Source: Balanoglossus misakiensis
Lineage: Eukaryota > Animalia > Hemichordata
Direction of reading: 5' to 3'
Assembly (NCBI GenBank): GCA_040954595.2
Contig: CM082592.2
Coordinates: 9,163,677-9,227,676 of the forward strand
DNA length: 64,000 bases
This document shows positions 1 through 12,354 of the stretch, in pieces. The notes below the pieces were generated by a model that had not been told where the DNA came from, did not search any database, and saw only the letters and a list, made by a program, of their open reading frames with translations. The position numbers and the translations under genes are program-made. Position 1 is the first letter of the stretch. Each line of letters opens with the position of its first letter.

Positions 1-1422
1 TATGAAAGCTTCTGAGGTCTCCAAGAGTTCAATGACTTAGTAAACATGATAGTGACCTGTTATAAAAGAAAGGTGTCAAAAGCCATAAACATCAAACAAA
101 ACAATTCGACTCTTGGTCTGAAACATTTGACAATTACACCTCACTGGAATAGGTGGGTCTTTTTCTGGAAACAAGCAGGAAATCTAGTGGACAATGCGAC
201 TGTATTTACAGTCCTTTGCGTCACTCCTTAGAGGGTTTGTAATTTCCTGTATGGGCCTTCTTTTTGTTCTGCAGTCAGACACAATGAAACCATGGTTCTG
301 CCCTAGTAATCTACTTTGAACCCCTGAAAGACAAATATCTGCATTTCAGTTGGCTGCACCCAAAATAGCTAGTCTAATCGCTAATTCCACCATCCATAAC
401 AACACACACGGAAAATGTTTTGTTTTAATGACGTGCAATGCCTTCTTCAACTATGGTGGGATCTTGAATGGTGGGACCTCATGGTTTTTGAAAAATGATT
501 TCCGGGTACTTGATGTACACAAACAAAAAATATTTGATTGATGTTTGAACAAACTATGCTGTCAGTCAAGACGTCTTGACAATAAAGACATGAATACAGA
601 AACAACTTGACTCATAAAAATGTTCTCCTTTCAATGTTGACAGGTGGCAAAAAAATCAAATATACTGATCAGCAACTTAGACACACACGTATCTTGAAAA
701 ATGGACAGACTGTTAAAAATTAACGAACGATATTCAATACGAGTGTCAATTATGATTGTCCCTGGGTCAACTAGAGAGCACCATGCTTTCTGGGTGATAA
801 CTCCACCATGAACAAATTTACAAATTTGTCGTTCATCGGGATGGTTCTGTTCACACATATTTTGGCTTGACATCATTTTAATTGGAGGCGCACAGTCAAC
901 CTTGAGAATTCAGCACCTAAATATAGGATGCATGTTTATGTTGGAAGGGGGTGAAATAAACAATTCATGTTGTGGAGCAACTCAGGACCTTGTGACGCAC
1001 CATAAACCCAAGACAAAACAAATTTAGAGTACTTCACATATGAAGTGGTCTGCAGGACCTCATATAAAACGTAAAAGAGAAGGTCACTCTGTTTTCTAAT
1101 TCTATTTCTGTATACATTGTCAATATTTTGCATCAAGCCCTCTCAGATATATCCTACAAGATACACGTACACACAGGAAGTTTTCTAAGATTTCAATGAA
1201 TTTGACGTTGAAAGTGATCTTTTTCTAAGAATGGAATAAGAAACCTACAATGTTTACAATACGTATTGTTATGCCGAAGCCCGATTTCGAAAACACCTCC
1301 TCATTGTGCACATAAAACAACTTGATTTTATTTCCTCGAACTGCAATTACAATTACGCCACTTTCCCACTTTCTGAGCTGATATTAATTCATGACTTATA
1401 AAGAGACTGATCTGGTACTTAC

Positions 1423-4400
1423 ATGTCTAAGAGTTTCCAGACATTCCCTGTACACGGCATCGCTCTCCAGTATTCCTGCCACCACAAGCTTTCTCATGTC
1501 GACCGGACTCGGAGTGTCACCAAAACTCTGCAAACCAAACATAACAATGTATAAGAGACACCGTGCAACAGTCCAATTTCTATTTTTTTATTTGTGGTTC
1601 CAAACATTATTCTGTTATGCATTTAAAGTGATCATTGCTGCGTAACATCAAAACAGACGGTGATGTCATTGGAACACCTCCCACTCTCTTGATCTCACAA
1701 TCGCTTTCTACATCATGCCGATTCTTGAGATCTTCTACCATTCCGGACTTTGATAGAGGGTAATTGATTTTCAATGGAACCACTCTATCACATTTGTGTT
1801 AATTACAATGGAAATCTCACCTAAATGTCTAAATGGTGTTTAATGCAAATTAGCCAGGCCACAATAATGTATGAGTCTGTATTGATCTGCAGTTGTGTAG
1901 CAAATTTCTTTGTTTCTGCCAGTCATTCTCTCCAAATTTCAAAAATTATTTACTATACTTGATGATTAATATACACTGACGAGCAACTTTCAGAAGACCT
2001 CACAAAGGCACATGGGTGTATGATCCACAGCACGTGCTGGACATTTTTCGACCGATATTCAATTTCACATTTTTATGGGAGCAACATGAATGGGATTCCA
2101 CACAGCAGAGTCTAACAGATTTCCCAACAGGGATTATTGTTTTTAACTTAAAAAACATCAATGTTGTTTTGTCAACAGAAGATGTAGAAATTAACACATG
2201 TCTGGGTCACGGTGAAGGGTCATTATGACGCCAACATCGAAAACCCTGACCACAGTGCAAGTTTCTCCATAATTCGAGACGAACCACATTCTTGCCGTTA
2301 TACGGAGGATAAAATTGAAAAGTCTACATACTTGCACTGCAAATTATACCCTCAGGACACCTAAATATTCCCAGGCAGAAACAGGTTCAGTGTAAAAGCT
2401 AGAAGCAGCTGCGACGATGGTGTCAACAGAGACAGATGTTGAGTTACGATTTATCTGTTGGCAAACGCGCAACACCCGAAGAGACAGCGAACGAAAACTG
2501 ATAATACGATATCTTCATCAGCAGTTCGGGTCGAGACTCTGATCAGTCCTGGCGTACCACACTGGGTATTTTTATGATGTGAACTGATGCTTGTTGGGGT
2601 CAGGGTATCACAGAGTCCACACTCACAAAAGACTAAAATTTCAATATTCAGCGTCGACTTTTGTTTCATCATCTGTTATGTGATCCTTGTCTCCCATTGT
2701 ATGTTAATCGGTCATTCAGTGTCAAATTAGCTGCTGTGGATATTTTGGATCATCAAAAACATGTGAATGGTATCTTTTCAACTGATAGCCAAATGAACAA
2801 ATATTAGTCTCCGTAAAGGATCCTGCTGATTAAAGGTCACTGTAATTGGTCAATATTTGATTGCAAAAATTCAAACTTTTTACACTACACATAATAGAGT
2901 GTTGGTTGGATCTTATTTGGTTTGTATGAATGAATATGACTGATTGATGAATATTTATTTCCAGGGAGAAAAAAAATTCACAGCAAACTCAACACTTTTC
3001 CAAACTACCCACAGATGAAGAAAGACTTGTTGTAGCCAGCAAAAATTATGGGTAAGTGGTTATGAGTTAATTTTAGAGCAATGGTTCTCCTTATTTTTCT
3101 ACTCGATTATATTTTCCCTCCTAGCTGGTTTTGAAAACCTGGAAGTTTGTACTATAAGAAGACGAGTGTTGATTTCACACTATCAGAGAAATCAAAACTG
3201 ACTGGCTGCGAAGCCGATAATAATGGCCTATTTAAGTACAATAAAACAGTTCCCATAAAATGTGAGTATTGACAATTTCTGCTAATGGCATGTAAGTGAT
3301 TCAAAGCCATTAGGGAGAAGGAAAAAAACCCCAGTAATATTGGCATTCATTGTTTCATATAAACTGTTTATCGCGGCCCATGTAATGAGTGAGTCACTAG
3401 AGTGGGATCCATGTTTGATCTGCTCGAGATCGGAGATGGATTCGTAAAAGTCAAATAAATTTGCGATTGGCATTCCTTGGTCATCGTATACATTGTAATT
3501 GTTCAAAAAGATGCATGATTTTTGTGTGTATTGTTAAAAATCTCGTAAATTACACAGGTTTAAATATGTGGTTTCCAAATACACATGCACACACAGCAGG
3601 ATTGCAGACAATTGGGACTGAGTTTCAATAGGTGGCTTGTAATGTTACTATATATATCCCCGTTCTTTTCAATCTGCGATAGTTTTGTTGTCACATTGGT
3701 ATTATGTGATTGCTGAAAGACAAAACACGACTTGTATTTGTGCAGAGGATTACTTGTACAGTGTTGGTTAAACACAGGCCAAATGGAATATGTTCTATGT
3801 ATGTTTACATACATGTACATCACGTAGGGCAATGTAACTGATCACACTTGGTATCACAAGTTGGGAAAATATCTACATGTACCGATGACAGATGCACACA
3901 GACGAGAATTTTCTGTGGGGAAGCATGCGTACTGCTGAGAATTCTCACTGGGGAAGAAATTAGCGTACTCTACATTGTACATTTCTCTATGAAAATTGCT
4001 GACGTGAAAGTATATGTGCAGAAGAATGGAAAGATTGGCTGTCATGAATTTGCATAACGGTTACTGCGGTTATTTGCACTGAAAAAAGAGCATTTGCATG
4101 AAATCTTACCAGTGTCTTCAGAAGTGAATTACAAGCACGGTACTTGAAACACCAACAGTGTGTCTGTTCAGACATCGCTGCGAATAAAGAGATAGACTCA
4201 ACACTTACCAGACTGACAGAATCGACGGATGTACCATCACTTTCGGGTTCCACGATGCGCACCGACTTCTTCGAATTGCTGCTCTGCGGCTTGGGACCTT
4301 CAAGAAACGAATGCGGGAGACCACACCGTTTAGTATACGAACGACGAAATTTGCCTCGCAGGAAGTGCACATGCTGGGTATGATTTCCCGGCAAGGCTTC

Positions 4401-7400
4401 TAGCGGCTTGCGTTCTTTGTAAATATCACTCATTGCTCCGTGTTTTGACTGACAAAAACTCCAGGCTGTTGAGGTTACTCAGAGTTCAAGTGAAAAATTT
4501 TCTGTCCAAGGCCAAGTTTGTTCTATAAGCAGGCGAGAAACCACAGCGGTGTTTGCGATCGAGCCCTGCGATGGAGAACTGTTTTGAACATTCATTTGAA
4601 AATCTGGAACCGTTAAAAACCCTGAATAGGCATGATTTAAATAAGAGGTAAACTAGTTAAACTGAAAAGTAACCTTTTGAACTCTGTTACTGGTTAAACT
4701 GATCTTTAATATCTTGCTAGGCATTGGGTCAATTCTTTGTGTGTTTTCCTAAGCGACTTGCTTTTGTAGACTGAGGCTGTTCAACGTGATCACCATTTCG
4801 TATAACTACGAAATGCACGAAAAACATCAATGTATGAAATGTAATGTTTCAATTCACACTATACCATGATAAACAGTGTCCACCCAGTACATTTTGATTG
4901 TATGTACATGTATGTGTATGTGTACTTGGGCACATAAGGAAACGCTCATTTTCGCTTATCATGTGATGCACCTTTTAATTACTATTTGCACTGTTGTCTG
5001 TTATCAAAATGAGGAATTACTAGATTACAGAACTTAAGGAGTTACTTGGTTAACTCAAACTGCATGAACATTCCATACACGAATGTCCCTCCTAGCTGTT
5101 ATGATGCCGACCTCAGATTTTCCAACCAAAGAACAGGGGCACTTTCGACGCCTGAGGTCACCGGCTATTCACTGCTTCATTACCATCACAGTCCTTGCAT
5201 TGACTAACAAAATTAAACCAAATCCTTCTTCCTCCTTTTGAGAGCACTCACTGTACATGTAATTTATTTGAACAGCGTTTCACGAGACAGAACTGTCATT
5301 CTCACATGACTAAAACCGTTCCCTTTGCACACAATCACAGTTTTCCCCACTTCTACCCAAGTCTGTTGACACTTTTCAATGACAGCATGCACACAACAAT
5401 AACTGGGTTACTGTACATGTGAAACCTGGGGTCATAACAGGTTCGTCGTGCTGCATGGGTGACACGCAATCACGCCATGTCACATCAGCCTAAAATGGGG
5501 CAATGATGTCATCACGTATCTTTTCCTGATATTTTGACAATCAGCTTGATGCCAGGAGTCTGTTCTGCCGTTCAATGACTTGTAATAGAGGCTGATACCG
5601 AAAGTCACCACATGTATATATTTGTAGCAATATAAAACGTTCAGCAATTGATTCAGTGTACATGTACATTTATGAGTGCATTAACGTGAATGTACATTTC
5701 GTAAACATGCCATATAATGAAATGTACACTGTGCATGTACATTACATGTATGTTACACATGCCCTCATGTATTCCCTAAACAATGAACTATTATGAAGGA
5801 TCTGAGATTTCTTGAAATGTTTTGGATTTTCTGAAAAATAAAATGGCTGACGATTTGTTGTGTGCAAAGTGCAGGATGCATACTTAAAATGCTTGACTAC
5901 GAAGTCATTATCAGTGTATACAGGATATTCAGATAAACGCTTCTGGACTTTCCTCGTGTTTCTAACTCCACTCAAAATTACTTGGAGACTATTAACTTCC
6001 ATATATGGAAACGTGTATGTGTATTGTTAAAAAATTCATGAGTGGCATGTTTGATTATTTCATTTATTAAACAGCTATCTGATTTTCAAACTGCATGTAT
6101 ACATATATATCACCAACCAGGTATCTGTTGTGATTATTTCTTTTCTTTTCACACTCTCTTCAGAACTGGTTTGAAATTCACTTTCAAACTAGGTCGGAGG
6201 AAAATCAGACAGTGACCTTTCACCTTTGTGTAAGCTGTAATTTGATAAAGAAAAATAGGAAGCCATACATTTCTATGTGGTGTAACTGATTACAAAGAGA
6301 ATACAACTATCTGTGTGCAGAGATGTCAAATTTTGACAAGATAAGCTAGGCAAATGATGTTACAGTTCTTTGCTATTCAAATCGTATACACTTTTTGCAG
6401 CTACATGTACGTTAATACAAAATATCACCTTGAGGTTAATACAATTAAAACACTTGCGATGTAATTCTAAATTTTATTGTGTACACATACATGCAATGGC
6501 ATGCGTTAATTAAAGAACAGGACTTTGCATTCAGAAGTGAGTGAGAAAGACACACCCATTTCTAAAAAAAGATCTCCAGGCCACCTATATACATGTGTAT
6601 GTATGTATATATCCAATACATGTGCACACATACATACATACTTTCAATACACAATACCGGATAGTTTCATCCACTCATGTACGTCAGCTGCTGACGACCG
6701 GAGACTGTAGGTCAAAATCAATGACGGCAAGGTTAAATCTCAGAATCTCAGACATGTTAATGGTCGTATTTTATTGTGCGTAAAACAAAACAGGACTTTT
6801 GACATCCGGCTTTCCTGGACTTGACCATGGTCAATCAAGTAATTGATAACAAGGAAATTAATAGTCCAAGAAATTATTATTACCCAGTGTGAAATAGGCT
6901 CCTATCACATTAACAACATTTCTGTTTATATTATGGCCCTGCCTTCTTGGTTGATTAGGGTTACCTGGAAAGACTGGCTAAATGGCAGGAAATTGGATTT
7001 TCCTTGACAGATTTCACTCCCTGAAATGTACAGTATTTTAGCTTAAGTGACTGAGATATTCTTAAAACCTCAGACGGTGATGTACAGTACACGCAAATAG
7101 ACACAAGCTCAGGTTGGGATTTCACACGGCCAAATATTTATCATGCCCGTGCATCACCAGGAAACTGAAATGGAACAAAGTCTTTTGTCATGCTGATATT
7201 AGCAGCGTTTACATGATGTATCAATGTGCAGTGTATGAGCACAAAAAAATAATATTCAACACACGTACTACAGATCAGGACAGCCAATTTTCCAAGCTTT
7301 TCATAACAAAGGATAATGTAAAATTTACCTCCGTTTTCCTACAGACATGTAGTGATCAGAGTCACATTGAGAACAACCTACACATGATGCATCATATTGC

Positions 7401-10400
7401 CTTTTATTGCACATAAACTGTAAAATTTTAATTATAATTTCAGTAAGCTTTTGTGATTTACATGTGCCTGCTAATCCGATGCCAATTAAACTTGATTTGC
7501 TTTGATTTCCCCAGAGTTACAATACATTGTACACATTTATATAAGACTGAGTATGTGTTTTGACTGCAAGCACTAAATTTGACCCAATTTTTACATATTA
7601 AATAATTGCCGGACATTGAAAACGTTTGTTTGTGACTTGTTCCCAGAAAGCGAAGTCTGCCTTGAACAAAGAACACAATTATATTCCTAAGTGGGCAATC
7701 TATTACATTTGTTGGGCATAAACCAGGTGTACTTCCGTAGCCCACAACTTCCCCCCCCCCCTCCCCCATAATTTTGCTCTTGTGTCAGCCATCCACAAAT
7801 AAATGGGTGCAGTTCATGCTGTGAAACTGATCTGAAGTCCTGAAAGACATTGCAATAGTTGAAATACCCAGAGTTTATGCACACTGAAAGCCAATATGTC
7901 AACAGTCTGGAATGATGGATGGGGTGCGGAATAACCTTAGAACATAATTTGGGGTTAAAAGTGTATGCTCACTTTCAGTAATGGCCTATAAAACCCCTGC
8001 TAGTTTTGTTTTATCACCCTCAAACATATATATTTACACTTTCATTCAATTTGCATTACATTAATGTGACAACTGTTACTTCTTTGCCAAGTGACGGATT
8101 ACACAATAAAATTTATTTTCGTTCCATAGAAGTTGATTGGGATCTTATGAAAAATGCAAACAGGCACTGAGAGAGCAGTCGATCTTGCCCGTTCGTTTTC
8201 TTTTCGCTTCAGTGACGATGAGATTTCTTAGAACCGCTGGATGTTTTGTACTGACTCAACAGAGTATTGTGCAAATTGCACGTCGTCCCTGTATAAGTGC
8301 AAAGCTTTTGTGTTGTTACAATGTAATTCAATCCAGAATGTTGTCTGTTTTATCCAGCTTTGACCCAGCCAAGTTTCATTTAAAATCTATCTACACCAGG
8401 TACACAGAGTGATCACATTAGTCCTTTGGACCAAGGTCCAAAGGACTAGTAGAAGGTATATACTATACAAGGGAATTACAGAAACATAAGGAAACTAAAG
8501 GGGTAAATTTCGCCAAACAAGCGGGAAGCATTTTCTATGTCGACGTTTCCACAAATGCCAGCAAGACCTAGCTACACAGTAAGCTCATTTACCGAATTCC
8601 CAGCCTAATGCACGATTCTCGCATATTTTCACTATTTGTCAATTTCATTAAACCCACTTCAGTTTTTACGTTTTCTTCATCGGGGGATGCAGGGTAAACT
8701 TCACATCACGAATCAATGCATCAGTACCGGTAAATCAAGGACTGACGACAAGCCATATTGCCAGAGCGCGAGTTATACCATGTGCGATGTGCTACACCCC
8801 AGTCCTAAGTTTGCCTAGCGTGGCACCTGTCAATCACAGGTGTTGTAATATACAGCCAAGCCTGTGTGTGTACAGTGGTCCAGGTCATAACTTTGCCAAA
8901 CGACCACTAAAATATGTGATTACTACAATCATGACCGAGTCGTAAAACTATGAAGTTTTTTACTATAAAATCAATCACCCCATAGGGAGTTGCTGTAACA
9001 TGCAAAATTTGAATACAGTAATTTAATCAAATACGCATGCCTGGTAAACAACAGTTGGTACATATATGTGATGTATACATGTAGTATAGTTCGTCATTAG
9101 TTTAGACCCAGGGTTCAAAGTCTAGAATCTATCTGGCGGTTGAAAGTTCTGTTCTGCAGAACTTTCCTCAGCCTAATAGTAATACATGGATTTTTTGTAT
9201 TACAAGGGCAAAACCATACATCCATGCAGCAATGTGAAGATGATGTTGTCCCAGCGCCAATTGTAGATGTATATATCTAATCAATTTGTGGCAGCATCAT
9301 TTTCCCAGGGCATAACATGTTTATTTTTAAATCTGGATACAATGCATGCTGGGTAATATAACAATCTAGTTTTCCAGCTACGAAGTTGTGAGTTGTCATT
9401 CGTGTTGTTACAGCACGAACACTTTCAACTACTGATTTCTGACAATTTGCAAATCCATCCATACTCACCATGATATCCTTGATCTTCATCCTGATCACCT
9501 GACTCTGAATCATTATATGAATCGTCAGATGCAGATGCAGACTCTGGCCCGCCGCCGGCCAATCGGCTTCGAATGAAATCAAACGGCGACGGCACAGGAA
9601 AGTTCCCTTCCGAGCCAATCGAGTCCAGGTTTTCCTCCCCGACCGTCATGTACTCATTTCCATTATTCTTGCTGCTCTCATCATGGACTGTTTCATACTT
9701 AACCTCATCTTCTTTGCGCTCCTCATTGAAGCCTTCATAGATGGGGTTCTTCTGTTCAACGAACTGTCCAGTGTTTTCGTAAATGCTTCGTTGTTTGCGT
9801 GGCTCCTTCGGCGGAGCGTCGCCCACTTGATCGTACAGGTTCTCTTCTGCCAATGCCGGTGTTGGGCTTTTGGGACTTTTGGGGACACATAATCCTGCTT
9901 CGGGTTTATCCGTGTCGTTATTTTGCTGCTGTAGCTGGCGGTTTTTGAGTTTCTCCAGGACAGGTGACGTCTCCAACATCTTTTGGTGCAGATTTGGTTG
10001 AACCGCTGGTTGGCCAAATCCCCCCATCTCTCTCCTGCTACTAGTACTATGGCGGAAGGAGGCTGGTTTCGGTTTGATTTCTGGTCTGGGTTTCTTTACC
10101 TGGGTGTACAGGTCCCCGGTACTGGTTCCGCCAATCCCCATCCTCAACACATGCGGTGGTGGTGTTACTTCCTTGTTTTTCCCTGGCCCCGGTGGTGGAT
10201 AGCTCCCAGCTTTGAAGGTGCCGTTCGGTGGCTTCGTTGCCATTGGGAAGTCATCGATGGTTTCGTAGGCATTTTCACGATGGCGAAGTTTAAATTTGTT
10301 TTCTCGTCCTTGGCTAGTCTCGAAACTATTTTGGTGTTCCGAACCAACACCTGAACTGGGTGCCGCTGTCAATAGCGGTGACGTATTTAGCGATCCGCCC

Positions 10401-10699
10401 AACCCACCCCTCGCCATATTTTTGCTACCACCCGATCGATCCCCCTTCAGAAGCGCCACGGCCTTCCCCAACCCCTCCAATTCCTCTAGTTCCTTTTCAA
10501 TCCAGCCCTTAAGAAATTCCTGTTGCTCGATCTCAAATCGGAGCCTGGAAATCGTCTCATCGATCCTTACCACCTCATCCTGAAGAACGTACTTCGTTCG
10601 ACCTCTACCTGCCCCGGCAGTCAAAAAGGAGACATCGGGTGGCTTCTTCCCCGGATACTTATCGTTCCAGCTCTGGAGGAACTCCGACATCGTATCCAT
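1423..10699 (-). CDS. BCR: BCR/ABR-family RhoGEF(-RhoGAP) gene, 5' portion; continues off the left edge of the window
   Basis: Exon 1 is 10699..9469 (410 codons plus 1 nt, donor G|GTGAGT). It starts MDTMSEFLQSWNDKYPGKKPP...IDETISRLRFEIEQQEFLKGWIEKEL, resembling the BCR N-terminal coiled-coil oligomerisation domain, then runs as a disordered region rich in Tyr motifs. The 105-nt exon 1527..1423 (tttgcag / gtaagt, phase 0-0) encodes SFGDTPSPVDMRKLVVAGILESDAVYRECLETLRH, matching the start of the BCR/ABR DH domain (MRKWVLSGILASEETY). A bridging exon is needed; the candidate is 4465..4209. Confidence 0.82.
4209..4465 (-). CDS. Candidate BCR-like exon: internal exon 2 (4465..4209) or alternative first coding exon (ATG at 4433)
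   Basis: Open frame MSDIYKERKPLEALPG...DGTSVDSVSL ends at a strong donor CTG|GTAAGT in phase 0, compatible with exon 1527..1423. A weak acceptor (ctcaacag) at 4465 gives phase 1, compatible with exon 1. Confidence 0.5.
8419..8448. repeat. Perfect hairpin, 14-bp stem with 2-nt loop
   Basis: TAGTCCTTTGGACC-AA-GGTCCAAAGGACTA in BCR intron 1. Confidence 0.85.
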
Positions 10700-10799
10700 G
10701 TCTGTATGCGTAATAATAGTTGAACAACAATCGATTGTACAGATCTACGTGTAAGAACTCACTACGAACTTAAGTTTTCCGGCGATTTCAAAACTTCCA

Positions 10800-11650
10800 T
10801 GGTTTATGCGGTAAACACACAACACAGTAATAACACAAAGCCTTCTTCACCACTTCGTGCAGTTCTGAAGCTCGATGAACTTTGCTCTCCGGAAGTTTAG
10901 ATCACGTGGTGAAATTAACATAAGTCATGTAAGTATCATCGAGTCACTACCGGTGTATGACGTACATCTGAGTATATTACAAGAAAAAGGGAACATACCC
11001 ACCCAAACTTGGAGAATGTGATTAACAGCTTCATAACTTTACGAGTAATCTCCAAGTTTACGATTTCCAAATAACAGTGGATTTTCCAGACAGCGCAATA
11101 ATTCCGTTAAAACTATTGCTAAAAGATTAAAAATTAAAACAAATGTGCGCTTTTGAAATCTACAACCACTGTCACTCTGTCAGACTCAGAGTTTTTCCAC
11201 CGGACAGTTTCAATTGATTTAATATATTTGCCCCGCGAGTTGTTCTATCAAACATAATTAATGGAAAATGCGCAGCGAGAGAGACACTTTGTCCCTTTAA
11301 AGTTTAATTAGAAGTTGATGTCACATATCAACATTTGAGCTCCGCTGTTAAGTAGGCGCCACCAACGACGGGAAAGTGAATTTTACACGCCTTCGTTCAC
11401 AAGTCGAAATAGACAACACTCTCACTCACAATGTCAACGTTGTGACACGTTGGCAGAAGAAGAATGATGTTGTAGTGTGTTTATCAAAGAGGGAAGAAAA
11501 CAAATGTGACGACGGGTGTCTATGCTTTACAAAATGTAAGTAAATTTCACTAAACCAGTGACGGGGGTGTGTCCCAGGGGGTGTGTCACACTGTGTGTGT
11601 GGGGAACGTTGATAGTGATAGACATACACAGACACGGTCCGTAGCCTTGG
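10800..11650. promoter_or_regulatory. Divergent promoter region between BCR-like (-) and SVOP-like (+)
   Basis: The genes are head to head and the region is locally richer in CpG. It has an E-box TCACGTGG (~10902), a CRE-like TGACGTAC (~10958), and a probable non-coding first-exon donor G|GTAAGG at ~11651 on +. Confidence 0.5.
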
Positions 11651-12354
11651 GTAAGGTGGCTACCACTCCCAGGACAAAATGTTCAAGGGAGTCACTGGTA
11701 TAGGGCTAAGTTTGACTGTTTCCAGAATGTTTTCTTGGTTTGCAGATAATACAGCCCATTGAATTTATAGTGTCTCTGTTAAACCTGTAGTCTCCCTACC
11801 AGTAGATTCACTAATTATATTCATAGGAAAACATTGGTAAACCAGTCCAATTTTTCATTGCAATACATGCACCGATGATTGCATTTGGTCACCTGCCCAC
11901 GTTTTTCAATTGTGATATGATAGCCCTATCTATCTTCAAGCACAATAAGATTTTCCCAGCTGCCACTCCCCCAACTAACTGTGTGAGTTGGGAGCGGATC
12001 ATACTACAGCGTGATTTAGAATTTACCGGTATGTCATTTACCAACAATACGTATACTGTAGTTTCACCCATTCGTTGGTCACATGGACGGATTCTATACA
12101 ATAGTACGTGCCATACATTTGACTCTATATATTCATATTTACTTTCAGGGTAATAGCACATTAACATTGGTAATCCCATATTTATCAAAACTGTGGTGCA
12201 CCCGTCCAGAGTTTCCCCGATTGCCAGTTTTATTTCATCTGTGGCCATGGCGAATTGGTAGCAGTGTCCATCAGATACCGGTAGAAGTTCTCCTGGCTAA
12301 GACTGCAGACACCTAAGAAGATCTAGAGGGCCTGGAGAAGAACTGTCGAACAAT

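Noticed and set aside
631-876. 81-aa minus-strand ORF as the next BCR DH exon
   Set aside because: No resemblance to the expected DH continuation and no convincing splice sites; the next exons probably lie left of the window.
2330-2672. CpG-richer patch with short minus-strand frames in a BCR intron
   Set aside because: No frame combines an ATG or acceptor with a good donor and recognisable homology; left uncalled.
6658-6704. 47-nt phase 1-to-0 pseudo-exon that could bridge BCR exon 1 to the DH exon
   Set aside because: It contains an in-frame TGA and has a weak donor.
9646-10723. Overlapping alternative-frame and antisense ORFs over BCR exon 1
   Set aside because: Shadows of a GC-richer coding exon; no independent signal.
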